This document shows positions 30,083 through 40,699 of a stretch of DNA of 64,000 bases, piece by piece. How positions within the stretch are numbered: the stretch's first letter is position 1; every line of letters starts with the position of its first letter. Source of the DNA: Candidatus Latescibacterota bacterium (GTDB lineage: Bacteria > Latescibacterota > CBDEFO01); NCBI GenBank assembly GCA_965237525.1, contig CBDEFO010000007.1:64001-128000 (forward strand), written 5' to 3'. The notes below the pieces were generated by a model. It saw only the letters and a program-made list of their open reading frames with translations, was not told where the DNA came from and did no database searches. A program made the translations under genes and the position numbers.

Positions 30083-30191
30083 AGGGGCAGACCCGTGTGT
30101 CTGCCCCTGAACATGCGCATAAATCGGGCGAACCACTTCGCGGCTAATTGCCATATCACTCTGTCCACTACCCCATGGCTTCGCCCCTACA
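30083..30191. repeat. GTAG-type REP-like palindrome pair
   Basis: GGGGCAGACCCGTGTGTCTGCCCC and GGGCGAACC..GGCTTCGCCCCTAC; related decayed copies near 19118-19145, 24030-24050 and 46340-46380. Confidence 0.6.
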
Positions 30192-30255
30192 TTCATTAGG
30201 CGATACAATAGCCGAAGCTTGGTTTGACGGGCTTCGGCTATCTTCATTACTAAGT

Positions 30256-31725
30256 TCAAAAAAAGAACTCATCACTTGCTTGCCAGCGCGACAGCACGAT
30301 CTTCTGCCGGGTATAAAACATTACCCCTTCCGTGCCCTGGCAGTGCAAATCGCCGTAAAAAGACTGGTCCCAGCCTGAGAATGAAAACAAGGCCACGGGA
30401 GCAGGGACGCCCAGATTGACGCCGATCATCCCGCATTTTACCCCCATAGCGAACTGCCTTGCTGCGCTCCCGCTGCCCGTAAAGATGGTGGCAGCGTTGC
30501 CATAAGGAATGCGGTTGAACCACTCAATCGCCTCGCCGAGGGAAGAGGGATGCATCATGGACAAAACCGGTCCAAAAATTTCTTCGTAGAAGACCGGTTG
30601 CTCCGGAGTAACCTCGTCGAAGAGAGTAGGACTTACGAAAAAGCCCCTGTCGGGGATGCGATTCCGGCCATCCCCCACTACCCCTATCCCCTGGTCCGCA
30701 GCCCCATCGATGTAGGAGAAGATTCGATCCCGGGCCCCACCATTTATCACCGGCCCCATCTGGGCCTCTGGGTTAGCGACCGTATCCTCCACCTTAATCT
30801 TGTCCATCGCGGCGACAACCTGCTCCAGAAGCGGCTTCCCTGCCTTGCCGACGCCCATTAGTAGCGACCCCGCCATACATCGTTGCCCGGCACACCCAAA
30901 GGCAGACCCCATTATGGCCTTCACGGTTGGATCCGGATCGGCATCCGGCATGACCAGGAGTACGTTTTTCGCGCCGCCTGCTGACTGCACCCGTTTGCCA
31001 TGTTTACAAGCCAGCTCGTAGACGTGCTGCGCAACGGGCGACGAACCTACAAAACTGATGGCGGATATACCCGGATGGGTGCAGATCGCGTCCACTACGT
31101 CCACACCGCCGTGCACAATATTGAACACACCTTCCGGAAGCCCGGCCTCAATGAAGATTTCCGCCAGCCTGTTGGCCGTCAGGGGCACCTTTTCGCTGGG
31201 CTTGAGAATAAAGGTGTTGCCGCAGGCAATAGCCATTGGAAACATCCACATGGGCACCATGGCGGGGAAGTTAAAGGGCGTTATGCCGGCGCATACCCCG
31301 ATGGGCTCTCGCATAGTCTGTCCATCTATTCCCTCGGCCACCTGGGGCAAATTCTCGCCTTTGGTCAGGTGGGCAATATTGCAGGCGAATTCGACTACTT
31401 CCAGGCCTCGGCGCATGTCACCCTTGGCTTCTTCAAGGGTCTTCCCGTTTTCCCTGCATATGATCAGGCTGAGTTCAGAAAAGTTCGCTTCTAACAGTTC
31501 CCGGTAGCGGAACAGAACACGCGCTCTTGAAAGAGCTGGTGTCTTGGCCCAGGAGATAAAGGCTTTGCGGGCTGCCTCTACAGCTATATCTACTTCCCTG
31601 GCCCCGCACATCGGGATCTGGGCGATGACTTCGCCTGTGGAGGGATTGTAGACCTTGTCTAATTGTGTCACTTCAGGTTGGGACCACTTGTCGCCAACCA
31701 GGATAGGTACCACCGGGGGAGCCAT
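30256..31725 (-). CDS. mmsA: CoA-acylating methylmalonate-semialdehyde dehydrogenase (IolA/MmsA)
   Basis: ITPFNFPAMVPMWMFP, GGAKN, FGCAGQRCMA, EEIFGPV. Confidence 0.92.
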   Translation of the reverse strand: MAPPVVPILVGDKWSQPEVTQLDKVYNPSTGEVIAQIPMCGAREVDIAVEAARKAFISWAKTPALSRARVLFRYRELLEANFSELSLIICRENGKTLEEAKGDMRRGLEVVEFACNIAHLTKGENLPQVAEGIDGQTMREPIGVCAGITPFNFPAMVPMWMFPMAIACGNTFILKPSEKVPLTANRLAEIFIEAGLPEGVFNIVHGGVDVVDAICTHPGISAISFVGSSPVAQHVYELACKHGKRVQSAGGAKNVLLVMPDADPDPTVKAIMGSAFGCAGQRCMAGSLLMGVGKAGKPLLEQVVAAMDKIKVEDTVANPEAQMGPVINGGARDRIFSYIDGAADQGIGVVGDGRNRIPDRGFFVSPTLFDEVTPEQPVFYEEIFGPVLSMMHPSSLGEAIEWFNRIPYGNAATIFTGSGSAARQFAMGVKCGMIGVNLGVPAPVALFSFSGWDQSFYGDLHCQGTEGVMFYTRQKIVLSRWQASDEFFF

Positions 31726-31780
31726 AGTGTCACCTCCTCTTTTCTATGTTATCAGATAACTAAGCTTGCTCTTTACCCTT

Positions 31781-31839
31781 TCCCCGATCCCCGATTGAAT
31801 CCCCAATTGTCCCCGAATGAATCTATCGGGGATCAGGGA
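31781..31839. repeat. Nested cluster of the 21-bp palindrome
   Basis: CCCCGAT-CCCCGATTGAAT-CCCCAATTGT-CCCCGAATGAATCTATCGGGG-ATCAGGGA. Confidence 0.85.
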
Positions 31840-31869
31840 TAAGCCCAAAACAGGCGCTCAAATGAACAA

Positions 31870-32760
31870 TCATCCGATTCCTGTTTCACGCAGATAAGCA
31901 CGACTGCGTTTGGCAATGGGCAGCGGCTTGTCGAATGGTGCCGGATACATGTCCTGTTCGACAATCCCAAAGCCGTTGTAGTCGATTTCCCGAAGGACAT
32001 CACGCACAGCCAGAAAATCCACTATACCCTCGTTTGGCCCGCAGAATATTCCCATCGCCACTGCCTTTGCGAAGTGGATCCCTTCGGACTGGACTTTCTT
32101 TAGGATCTCCATTTTGATATTCTTGATATGGAGATGACAGATGCGCCGGTGATAGCGGCGTATGAAGGCGACAGGATCACCACCGCGGTAGGCGTGGTGG
32201 CCGATATCCAGACAGAGCGACACCAGATCTGGATCGGTCTCCTCCAGCAACTTTTCGATTTGGCCTTCGTACTCGACGTGTGTCCCTGGGTTAGGGTGAA
32301 ACGCCAGCTTGAGACAAAAGCGATCGCGTGCAATTTCTGCAATCTTCTGCGTGGTGTCGATCAACCGCCCCCAGGCACCCTCATCCAGACGCGTGGGCCC
32401 GGTCGGCTGGCCCGTGTGAAGATCCACGTACGCGTCGTCGATCAACACTAAAACCTTCCCATCCAACGCGGCTGCCAGCTCGCCCCCTCCCAGGACCTGC
32501 CTTTCAACGCCAGCCCACGCTGACGGTTCTTCAAGATTGCCCTCCACGACACATGCGCAGGCCTTCAGGCCGCGCTTTTCGAGTTCACCGCGGAGTGTGG
32601 ATGGATCTTGTGGCAGATACCCGTAGGGACCCAACTCTATCCATTCGTACCCAGCTTCGACCACTTCATCCAGGAATCTATACCATGGGGTTTGCTTGGG
32701 ATCATCGGGAAACCAGACACCCCATGAATCTGGAGCAGAACCGATCTGAATCTTCATCAA
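31870..32760 (-). CDS. Sugar phosphate isomerase/epimerase, IolE-like 2-keto-myo-inositol dehydratase
   Basis: APDSWGVWF, ELGPYGYLP, CLDIGH, HLHIK, VEQDMYP; adjacent to iolA-like gene. Confidence 0.75.
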   Translation of the reverse strand: MMKIQIGSAPDSWGVWFPDDPKQTPWYRFLDEVVEAGYEWIELGPYGYLPQDPSTLRGELEKRGLKACACVVEGNLEEPSAWAGVERQVLGGGELAAALDGKVLVLIDDAYVDLHTGQPTGPTRLDEGAWGRLIDTTQKIAEIARDRFCLKLAFHPNPGTHVEYEGQIEKLLEETDPDLVSLCLDIGHHAYRGGDPVAFIRRYHRRICHLHIKNIKMEILKKVQSEGIHFAKAVAMGIFCGPNEGIVDFLAVRDVLREIDYNGFGIVEQDMYPAPFDKPLPIAKRSRAYLRETGIG

Positions 32761-32821
32761 TCTGCCTTTCTATTAGGTTCCTTAGTAATAGAATCGCTTC
32801 AGCTTCATCTCGAATATCCGG

Positions 32822-33730
32822 TCAGCCTTTCACGCTCTGCGACCAGGCGTCCATAATGTCACCGTCCAGGGCAACGGCCTCCCCGTGGATCTTGTTAGCC
32901 GAAGGGTCATACACAAAGCGCGTGTAGCCCTGACGATAATCGTGCTTCTCAAAATATTGGTTAGGCCTACGCATAACCCCCGGAAACGCGATCCCATTGG
33001 CCCCTGTCTTCACTTGCATCAGTTTAGGGTGACGGCTGCGCTCGTAGACGTGGTGGTGCCCGCACAGATACAGATCGAACCTCGCTTCGATCAACTGCGG
33101 CAGCAGCACCCCCGGATGCTTCGTCATCTCGTCGTAGCGCAGCGAAGAGTCGGTGTCGTGATACACGGTGCGGGGGGCAAAGATAGGCCAGTGTCCCACG
33201 GCAATCTTCACCCGTGCGCGGCGAGCCTTCGACAGGTGGCGGCGCAGCCAACGGTCCTGCGCGGAGCCAGGCAGGAAGCCTCCCATATGACTGAGGCGGG
33301 TTGTGACGTTGTCCTCCCAATCGTGCTCGCCTGTGCGCAGCACCTGGTCTAGCATCACCACGTGAATATCGCCGAACGTCTTGGCGAAGTAGGGCGGTTT
33401 GCCCGCCCGTCCGACGTTTTTGCAGTAGTTCTCTAACGACCGGCCCGGGCGCGTCTGGTCGTGATTTCCCGGACAACATAAGACGGGGCATTCTCCAGCA
33501 AGTGGGTCAATTACTCGATGATAATCCCGCCAGCACTGTGCGACAAACTTGTCTTCATCGCGAACACCGGGCTGGAAACCTTCCATATGACTCACGAGGT
33601 CACCCGAGTTGACCACAAAGTCGGGTTTTTGATTCCGCACCCTTGCGATAAGTTCCTCATTGAGTCTGTTCTGTTCTTCAGCGTTTGGTACCTGACCGAA
33701 TTGCATGTCGGAGATATGGATCCACTTCAT
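32822..33730 (-). CDS. Calcineurin-like metallophosphoesterase
   Basis: ISD, SGDLV, PGNHD, GHHHVYER; start refined to ATG 33730 (GGAGG RBS). Confidence 0.85.
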   Translation of the reverse strand: MKWIHISDMQFGQVPNAEEQNRLNEELIARVRNQKPDFVVNSGDLVSHMEGFQPGVRDEDKFVAQCWRDYHRVIDPLAGECPVLCCPGNHDQTRPGRSLENYCKNVGRAGKPPYFAKTFGDIHVVMLDQVLRTGEHDWEDNVTTRLSHMGGFLPGSAQDRWLRRHLSKARRARVKIAVGHWPIFAPRTVYHDTDSSLRYDEMTKHPGVLLPQLIEARFDLYLCGHHHVYERSRHPKLMQVKTGANGIAFPGVMRRPNQYFEKHDYRQGYTRFVYDPSANKIHGEAVALDGDIMDAWSQSVKG

Positions 33731-33839
33731 ATTCTCTTGCCTCCTGCCTGACAAAGCCCCCACTGCGCCCGTGTAGTATGATACATGTGTTTCGAGAGCA
33801 ACCTTCACCCGCTTTCAGCGCCTCATTTCCCGCTGTTAT

Positions 33840-34598
33840 TTAGCTCTCTACAGCCTCTAGCGCCTTCCTTGCACCTTCTAACGCAAACCTCAAATCCGTT
33901 CCACCAGTCACCAGCTTAGCCCCTCTTTCAAGCCAGAAGTTAGCGTTATCAGGATCTCCAGAAGCCAGGCCGAAGGCTACGTTATTCTTCTGGCACACCG
34001 CCAGGACCCTTTCGAACCTCTCTCTGACCTCTTCAACTGCCTCCCACGGGAATTTGCCCAGCGAAAAACTCAAATCGGAAGGCCCGCAGAACGTTCCGTC
34101 GACACCTTCCACGGACAGGATCTCCTCGATGTCGTCCACAGCCTTCTGGTGCTCTATCTGGACGAAGACCCCGACCTCAGCGTTGGCTCTTTTCATATAT
34201 TCGGCGGGATAGGCATAATATCCCGAGGAAAGCCAGGGTCCGCTGCCCCTTATCCCATCGGGCGGATACCTGGTCGCTGCTACTGCCTGACGAGCCTCCT
34301 CGGCGCTGTTTATCATAGGGAAGATAACGTTATAGACTCCGGAGTCCAGAACCTGCTTTACTATCACAAAATCGTTCCACGGAACTCGAACGATCGCCTC
34401 TGTCTCTGACGCTTCAAGGGCTATAATCAAAGAGGGCAGAACTGCCCTATCTATGGATGTGTGCTCCATATCCAGCATCATGAAATCAAAGCCCACCTTG
34501 GAAAGGGCGTTCACAAGTATAGGATCCGGTATACCTATTTCTATGCCCACTACGGCCTGTCCACCTCTAAATTTTTCTTTGATGCGATTAGTCCTCAT
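33840..34598 (-). CDS. HpcH/HpaI-family aldolase
   Basis: LDMEH, VRVP, RYPPDGIRG, VQIE, GPSDLS; start refined to ATG 34598. Confidence 0.9.
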   Translation of the reverse strand: MRTNRIKEKFRGGQAVVGIEIGIPDPILVNALSKVGFDFMMLDMEHTSIDRAVLPSLIIALEASETEAIVRVPWNDFVIVKQVLDSGVYNVIFPMINSAEEARQAVAATRYPPDGIRGSGPWLSSGYYAYPAEYMKRANAEVGVFVQIEHQKAVDDIEEILSVEGVDGTFCGPSDLSFSLGKFPWEAVEEVRERFERVLAVCQKNNVAFGLASGDPDNANFWLERGAKLVTGGTDLRFALEGARKALEAVES

Positions 34599-34735
34599 AC
34601 TTGTTGTCCTCCGCTCTGAGCGCCTCCGCTTATTATGTCCCACATTCTCTACGTGGGGTTCGACATCTAAAAGGCTGACCTGGATCAATCCTACGCTCAT
34701 GAAATAAGATAACGCCGGAGATAAGTCAATGTCAA

Positions 34736-34770
34736 CCCCCAATTGAATCCCCGATTGAATCTATCGGGGG
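34736..34770. repeat. 21-bp palindrome with preceding half copy
   Basis: CCCCAATTGAAT-CCCCGATTGAATCTATCGGGG. Confidence 0.88.
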
Positions 34771-34818
34771 TAAATATACGAGAATAAGTCCATCCTCCGG
34801 AAAGAATACCACTGACGT

Positions 34819-35916
34819 TCAGTGAATTTCCAGGTTAAGGACAACCCATTTGATGGCGTGATACGGGAGTCCGTATGTGTCGGCTGGCTCTGTAAACGAG
34901 GAGTGGGAATAGACAACGTAGAACTTGCCGTCACGCTCCATATTGGACGTATACGAACAGCCTGGCCCGGTATGGAAAACAAAGGGGTGCTCCCACACTT
35001 CTCCCGTACCATCTAAGCTGAACATGGCAAAGGTAACTTGTGGATGTCCGTATACCCCGCGTCCGGAAGTGCACGCGAGGATTCCATTGGCAAGGAGCCG
35101 CAGGTGAGGTTTTACACCCGGCCATCCTACAGACACCGGCTCGCTCCACGTCCGTCCGCCGTCCGTGGATCTGCACTGGTACATGGGTGACCCCGAACCG
35201 GTCCGCATGATGCACAGGATATCACCGTTAGCCAGTACTGCCATGTCCGGCTCGGAAAGCCCTCCCTCACCTACCGGTTTGCCATCTATCTCGGGATTAA
35301 GGGTGCATACGTGTTCGAAGGTCTTACCGCCGTCGGTGGACCGGGCGATAAAGTCCGTGGAGTTGTAGCGCGTTTCAGATGGCATGCCTAGAAATGCGGT
35401 CAAAAGATCGCCGTTCTCCAGTTCTAAGAGGGTACCGTAGAGTTCGTATGAGGCCGTCTCCCAGGGAAGATTCAATACCTTGAAAGTCGAATCTTCCAGC
35501 AACTCTGCCTGCTTGGAGAATCGGCGGAGTCTGAATATTGGGTCCTTCACTTTCGCCACGCGATGGTATGGTCCATCGGCACGCGACCACTTGACGTTCA
35601 CCGGAAACACATCAATATAGGCGATGGTGCCGTCCCTCAAGTAACCCAGAACGCCTGAGGTTTCCAGGTTGTCAGCCATGGGATGATCGGGAGGTAGGTC
35701 CACCCATGTCGCCCCAAAATCGTGGGAGATGGCGACGGGGCGCGTCTCATCCCCCGTATGCCTTCCCCGGCCATAAGGGAGGGCCAAACTGTCCCCTGCA
35801 AGTTCAATGATGCGGGGGAAGTTCAAGATCTCATCCGACTTGAGTAACACCTCGGATCTCTCTACAGAAACCTTCAAGGCTTTCTGATCATTCGCATAGA
35901 TTGCTTCTTGAAGCAT
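34819..35916 (-). CDS. Sialidase-like BNR/Asp-box beta-propeller
   Basis: SHDFGATW, RSTDGGKTF, RSTDGGRTW Asp-boxes; start refined to ATG 35916. Confidence 0.8.
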   Translation of the reverse strand: MLQEAIYANDQKALKVSVERSEVLLKSDEILNFPRIIELAGDSLALPYGRGRHTGDETRPVAISHDFGATWVDLPPDHPMADNLETSGVLGYLRDGTIAYIDVFPVNVKWSRADGPYHRVAKVKDPIFRLRRFSKQAELLEDSTFKVLNLPWETASYELYGTLLELENGDLLTAFLGMPSETRYNSTDFIARSTDGGKTFEHVCTLNPEIDGKPVGEGGLSEPDMAVLANGDILCIMRTGSGSPMYQCRSTDGGRTWSEPVSVGWPGVKPHLRLLANGILACTSGRGVYGHPQVTFAMFSLDGTGEVWEHPFVFHTGPGCSYTSNMERDGKFYVVYSHSSFTEPADTYGLPYHAIKWVVLNLEIH

Positions 35917-36256
35917 AGTTTTCTCCAGATCTTGTCGTTGCAACCTTTGAAATTGATACCGTTTGTTCGAGGAACCTGATAACTAAGCTCGCCTGCCTAT
36001 GAAGCGCAACGAATACAGGACAGGTGCAGTGCCAGAGTCGCTAGTTCAGGTCATTTTGTCAAAACCTGGAGGAACAAAAGAGAGGAACATATTTGCCCTG
36101 GTTGCTCTTGCCAGAATCCGAATTCGCCTTGAAAAATTAGTACCTGCGTTCTCCGCAGTGAAAATGCGATTGCGGATCGGGGATCACGATCCGTGCACAC
36201 CTACCAGACGTACTGTCGTCTCATAGTATAAGCGGAGTTACTGCGCTTCTGTCACT

Positions 36257-37234
36257 CTACCAGGGAACAGGAAGGCCGAATTCAAGAGCCAATTTCTCCA
36301 ACGATTTAACTGCGGTCTCGGAGATGGGAATGCCATCCTGCAAATATTCTTTCTCCTTCTTCCACGCGCGTCTACCGGGGAGGGTAGATTCGGAATAGCC
36401 CGGAAAGGGCTTCATCTTGCTGGTCTCTTCCATCAGAAAGTCCATATCGTCCTTGAAGGCCTGGAGCGGGACGAAACACTCGATATCAAGGGCCATGAAG
36501 AACCCGGATTGGTTGGCGCCGGTGTACTTGACGTTCTGGCGGTTGAACTCCGGAAGCATCTGACCCCCAAGGGTGCCGCTCATGATGTTGGCCACGTGTG
36601 AGAACCCGATGCACTTGAAGAAGACCTGAGGCATCTTCTTGAAGCACTCCTCATCCCACTCCATGTGACTGGCCAGGTCCAGCATAAAGTACGGCTGATC
36701 GGGCCCGGAGGGCATGCCGAAGGCGAGCGGCGGACTCCCCTGTATCGAACCTTGAATAGTGCTGTTGTAGTCGTAGCTCGGCGATGCGTTCCTACCCGAG
36801 AAACTAATCCCGATCAGGTCATCTCGCAGGGCCATCCGGATATACTTTCCCGAACTCCCAAGGTGATCGTGGTAGGTACTTGTAGTGACTCCGACCCCCA
36901 TCTTCTTGGCTTTAGCTATTGCCATCTGCATGGCCTTCGTGGCGACGATCATCCCGAGACCGCCGTCTCCATCCAGGGCCGCTGTCACAGGACCTTCCTT
37001 CAGAACCCGAACGTTGGGGTGCGTATTGGCTTTACCCTCCTGGAAGGCGCGCACATAGCGTTCGACCTGCACAACCCCGTGACTGACGACGCCGCGCAGC
37101 TCCGTGTCGATCAGGAGATCGGCGATCAGTTGGGCGTGATCCTCGGGAACGGGTACTTCCCGGTAAATGGACGCCACCAGCTTGCGAAGTTCCTCTACTG
37201 GAACTCGAATCCCGTCCGTCGGCGGAACGTTCAT
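36257..37234 (-). CDS. Ldh_2 family oxidoreductase (malate/L-lactate/sulfolactate type)
   Basis: ELRGVVSHG, LDGDGGLG, HLG; start refined to ATG 37234. Confidence 0.85.
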   Translation of the reverse strand: MNVPPTDGIRVPVEELRKLVASIYREVPVPEDHAQLIADLLIDTELRGVVSHGVVQVERYVRAFQEGKANTHPNVRVLKEGPVTAALDGDGGLGMIVATKAMQMAIAKAKKMGVGVTTSTYHDHLGSSGKYIRMALRDDLIGISFSGRNASPSYDYNSTIQGSIQGSPPLAFGMPSGPDQPYFMLDLASHMEWDEECFKKMPQVFFKCIGFSHVANIMSGTLGGQMLPEFNRQNVKYTGANQSGFFMALDIECFVPLQAFKDDMDFLMEETSKMKPFPGYSESTLPGRRAWKKEKEYLQDGIPISETAVKSLEKLALEFGLPVPW

Positions 37235-37262
37235 TATCCTCTCCTTTGTCTGTGATGCTTCG

Positions 37263-37304
37263 TCCCCGATTGAACCCCCGATTGACTCTATCGGGGGTCG
37301 GGGA
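37263..37304. repeat. 21-bp palindrome nested inside another copy
   Basis: TCCCCGATTGAAC-CCCCGATTGACTCTATCGGGG-GTCGGGGA. Confidence 0.88.
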
Positions 37305-37473
37305 TATACCGAAGCACTTATCCTTGGCTTCTTACAGTGTAAGGTCACCGAAACTGAATGTTGCCTACCAGATTATGGTTTCGCACAACGTATTTCCAAT
37401 TAACGAACCCGCGCAGCAGGCTGCAGAAGGCTGTGCAGCGTTAATGGATGTTATGTGACGTTGAGCGCTTTAG

Positions 37474-37947
37474 CTAAAACTCCCAGTTCTCTCTTTCCAT
37501 AAAGCCTTCTAAATCCGTGTAGGGTATATTAAAATGTTGACAAACATTGGGAATTTTGGCTGCATTCTCTCTAAATGTTTCCAGCGTAACTACCCATGCA
37601 CCAGTTATCTTAGCCTTTGCTATGATAAAGGGGTCAGCTACGTGCTTACCTATGAGGATGCTCTTATCTGGAACCAATCCCTGGTAATGTGGTGTGCGGA
37701 ATATCTCAGTGGTGAATTCTATCTCGCTTTCGGTCGGTACTTCGAATATGTCAGAGTTATCCTTTACCCAAGCTTTTAATCGATCTTGTCCACCGTAGCC
37801 ATCAATCTCTTTGACGACCTCTCGAACCGATATTATGCGCTTGGCCTCGACGAATTCATAGAAAAGCTGCCAAAGTGAAGGAAACCGAGACTTGTAGATG
37901 TTGGTGAAAAGGTTAATGAAACAGTTAGTATCAAAAACGTATTTCAC
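37474..37947 (-). CDS. DUF4411/PIN-like protein (putative toxin)
   Basis: YVFDTN, ADPFIIAKA, VVTLE, KIPNVC. Confidence 0.85.
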   Translation of the reverse strand: MKYVFDTNCFINLFTNIYKSRFPSLWQLFYEFVEAKRIISVREVVKEIDGYGGQDRLKAWVKDNSDIFEVPTESEIEFTTEIFRTPHYQGLVPDKSILIGKHVADPFIIAKAKITGAWVVTLETFRENAAKIPNVCQHFNIPYTDLEGFMERENWEF

Positions 37948-39116
37948 TATAATTCCTCTCTCTTCAAGGCTGACTCTACGCCAGATACACTACTTTCCTT
38001 CACATTTAGAAAATCTGCTAACTGGTTAATACTGATCTGATTTCGATAGTACTTATCGAACGCCAGGTTAATGTAATTTCTGCCGAGGTAGGCAACTTGG
38101 GTAAAATAGTAGTTACCTCCCCCTGAGCGACTCTTACGTTTTTCCCACTCCTCCCTCCCCTCTGCCGCTTTCTCTTCGTAATACTCTTGAGCAATCTTAC
38201 CTCTCTCGAGCAGCTTGCGTAGTATCACCTCTGGACTTACTGCATACTTAGATGCGAGAGTGAAAATCGAACGCTCATCAATTCTCATGTTGATGATTCG
38301 TCTATCAAAATCGCTGTTTGGTACAAGGAAATCAGCAGTGAACTTGTTACAAAGTATTTCAATTCTAAGGTTAGTTCCTGACAGATAATTGAGGTAATCA
38401 TCATTGGACTTGGCAATGCCACCAGTCTTAAAGAGGAGGTGAGCAAGCTCATGAAACAGCGTAAATATCTGCCGGGTTCTTGGCATCGAGTTATTTATGT
38501 AAATGATAGGAAATTCGGAGTCGTACAAGCAGAAACCAGATAGCCCCTCTTTCTTAAAAGCTTCCCGAAAAGCTTCCTTAAAGACAAAAATACCTTTCGA
38601 TTCAATGGCATCGCGCCAACTATCAAAAGCGACTGTTGAGCCTGCCCATTGTTGTTGTTTTTCTAACTCAATCCCCAAATAAGTCCTTACAATTCGAGCG
38701 AGATGAGTCAAACTGGTATTTGATCTCACCGCAATATCTTCAAATATCTTCTGCGGCATAGGATTCTTACCGTCACATAATTCGGTAAGGTTGATCTGCA
38801 TTACACGAGCCTGCCGTAAAAGATGAATTATATTAGGCGTAAGTTTATCTATTTCACTTTCAGGAAGTGTTCGAAATGACTTGGCTGGACTATCCTCCTT
38901 AGGAGGTTCTGGAAAGAAAAAAACCGCAATGGGTCGCTTATAAATCTGATAGGCTAGGCTTTCGAGTTGGACATAAGTAGGATAGTCCGTCCCTGCTTCC
39001 CAAGCTCTTATCGTCTCAGTTGGTTTCTTTATCTTATTTGCTACATCCTCAAGGGATAGATTTGCGCTTTCTCTAGCCCATTTAAGGATACTGTTATTAG
39101 CAGCCACCTTAGCCAT
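37947..39116 (-). CDS. XRE-HTH + ImmA/IrrE metallopeptidase
   Basis: LKWARE HTH; RQIFTLFHELAH; overlaps the PIN start codon. Confidence 0.88.
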   Translation of the reverse strand: MAKVAANNSILKWARESANLSLEDVANKIKKPTETIRAWEAGTDYPTYVQLESLAYQIYKRPIAVFFFPEPPKEDSPAKSFRTLPESEIDKLTPNIIHLLRQARVMQINLTELCDGKNPMPQKIFEDIAVRSNTSLTHLARIVRTYLGIELEKQQQWAGSTVAFDSWRDAIESKGIFVFKEAFREAFKKEGLSGFCLYDSEFPIIYINNSMPRTRQIFTLFHELAHLLFKTGGIAKSNDDYLNYLSGTNLRIEILCNKFTADFLVPNSDFDRRIINMRIDERSIFTLASKYAVSPEVILRKLLERGKIAQEYYEEKAAEGREEWEKRKSRSGGGNYYFTQVAYLGRNYINLAFDKYYRNQISINQLADFLNVKESSVSGVESALKREEL

Positions 39117-39385
39117 ATTTTCCTATCCCAGGTTATCGGATTTCATCGTCTAAAGATAGTTGAAGTTCGCTCCGCTAACAAGCCTGCTGACCCTATTATT
39201 CGTATCAGAACAGTGATCCTATAACATTGGAAGACGGCCAAGTATATAGATATAAAATGCATACGACTCTCCAGATTCAAACCTCGACCCGCTACCCGGT
39301 AGACGTCGGTCACATCTTCAGAGTGAGGGTCGTCCAGAACGACCCCAATGCCATCTGGTAGGATACAGACGCTTTGCTCTCTCTC

Positions 39386-40645
39386 TTACTCCTCCCACAC
39401 TGGCCAATCGCTCTCTTGCAGGCGCTTCCAGAGACTGTCAAATTTATCGCTGCCGTCATCCTCCCATTCGCCCAGTCTGACACCTGGAGCGTAGGATTCG
39501 TCCACCCCCAGCTTCATGAGATTTTCGGCCTGCTGCAAATTCCGGTAGTAGTGTTTTATCCCTCCGGTCAGGGTAACGACGGAGATATGCCGGGGCCATT
39601 CGGGTGCGGAAGTCTGCGAATAACGCTTCACCGCATCCTCATCTAACTCCACTCCCAGGCCCGGTCCCCCAGGGACCTTCATGAATCCCCGCTGGACCGT
39701 ATGAGCCTCCACGATCAGGTCATCTTCATAGGTGTGACTGGCCGTCACCGCCGGCAGGGTGGCCATCGGCATTACGGCTCCCAGATTGCAGGCAAATGCC
39801 GTGGTAATTCCGGTGCCCACATACTGCAGCAGAATAGGGGTGTTCGCCGCAGTAAAGACCCAGCTAGCCGAAAGAGCGCCCTTGATCGAATCGTGGCTGC
39901 AGAGTGCGCCCTCGAAGTCGCCCGCGCGGAGTCCAATCCAGGGTCCCGAAGGAGCGCGCGAAGGACCCTCAAGAACGACATGTACACCGTGCAGGTAGAA
40001 CGGGATCTGTATCTCCCGGTGGAGGCGGCGCCAACCCTCGACATCGTGGGCGAAGATCGGTTCTTCCAGGCCCTTGACCACCGGAAACTTCTCCAATTTC
40101 CGTAGGATAGGCAGGGCCTTCTCCACATTCATTAACGAACCGTTGAAATCGTACTCCACACGAAAGTCAGGCGGTGCAATCTCCTGAATCGCCTCAGATT
40201 GCTCGACTACATCATAGAATGCCCTGGCCTTGCATTTGAGCCCGCGGTACCCGCGCTCTGCAGCCACCTGAACTTCGGCGGCGCTGTCCTCAGGGGACAT
40301 ACATGGCATCCACCATCCCATGACCACCCATTGCCGCACCTGCTGGCCCATCAGTTTCCAGGCCGGAAGGTCCAGGTGCTTGCCCATCAGATCATAGCAG
40401 GCCATGTCGAGGTTGAAAAACCCCTGGCCCAATATATGATCGAACGGATCCGTGCCGAGATAGGCGTTTAGCTGGTCCTGTCCGTAAGGGGCTCCTATGT
40501 TTTCCCCCAGGCCGATAAGGCCCGAATCGGTATGAAATTTGTAGACCGTCACCTCTTCACTCATATTGAAATGGTAAAACTGCCTGCGAATGCGTGCCTC
40601 GTAGGGCACATGCAGGGAAATAGGCTCGATTTCGGTGATTCTCAT
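39386..40645 (-). CDS. Mandelate racemase/muconate lactonizing enolase-family protein
   Basis: GLIGLGE, DMACYDLMGK, KxK, D.N..EEP, PGGPGLGVELD. Confidence 0.85.
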   Translation of the reverse strand: MRITEIEPISLHVPYEARIRRQFYHFNMSEEVTVYKFHTDSGLIGLGENIGAPYGQDQLNAYLGTDPFDHILGQGFFNLDMACYDLMGKHLDLPAWKLMGQQVRQWVVMGWWMPCMSPEDSAAEVQVAAERGYRGLKCKARAFYDVVEQSEAIQEIAPPDFRVEYDFNGSLMNVEKALPILRKLEKFPVVKGLEEPIFAHDVEGWRRLHREIQIPFYLHGVHVVLEGPSRAPSGPWIGLRAGDFEGALCSHDSIKGALSASWVFTAANTPILLQYVGTGITTAFACNLGAVMPMATLPAVTASHTYEDDLIVEAHTVQRGFMKVPGGPGLGVELDEDAVKRYSQTSAPEWPRHISVVTLTGGIKHYYRNLQQAENLMKLGVDESYAPGVRLGEWEDDGSDKFDSLWKRLQESDWPVWEE

Positions 40646-40699
40646 GAGAGTCCCCCTATTGATATTTTCTTGTTGGTAATAGTCTTCTGGCTGCAGTTT

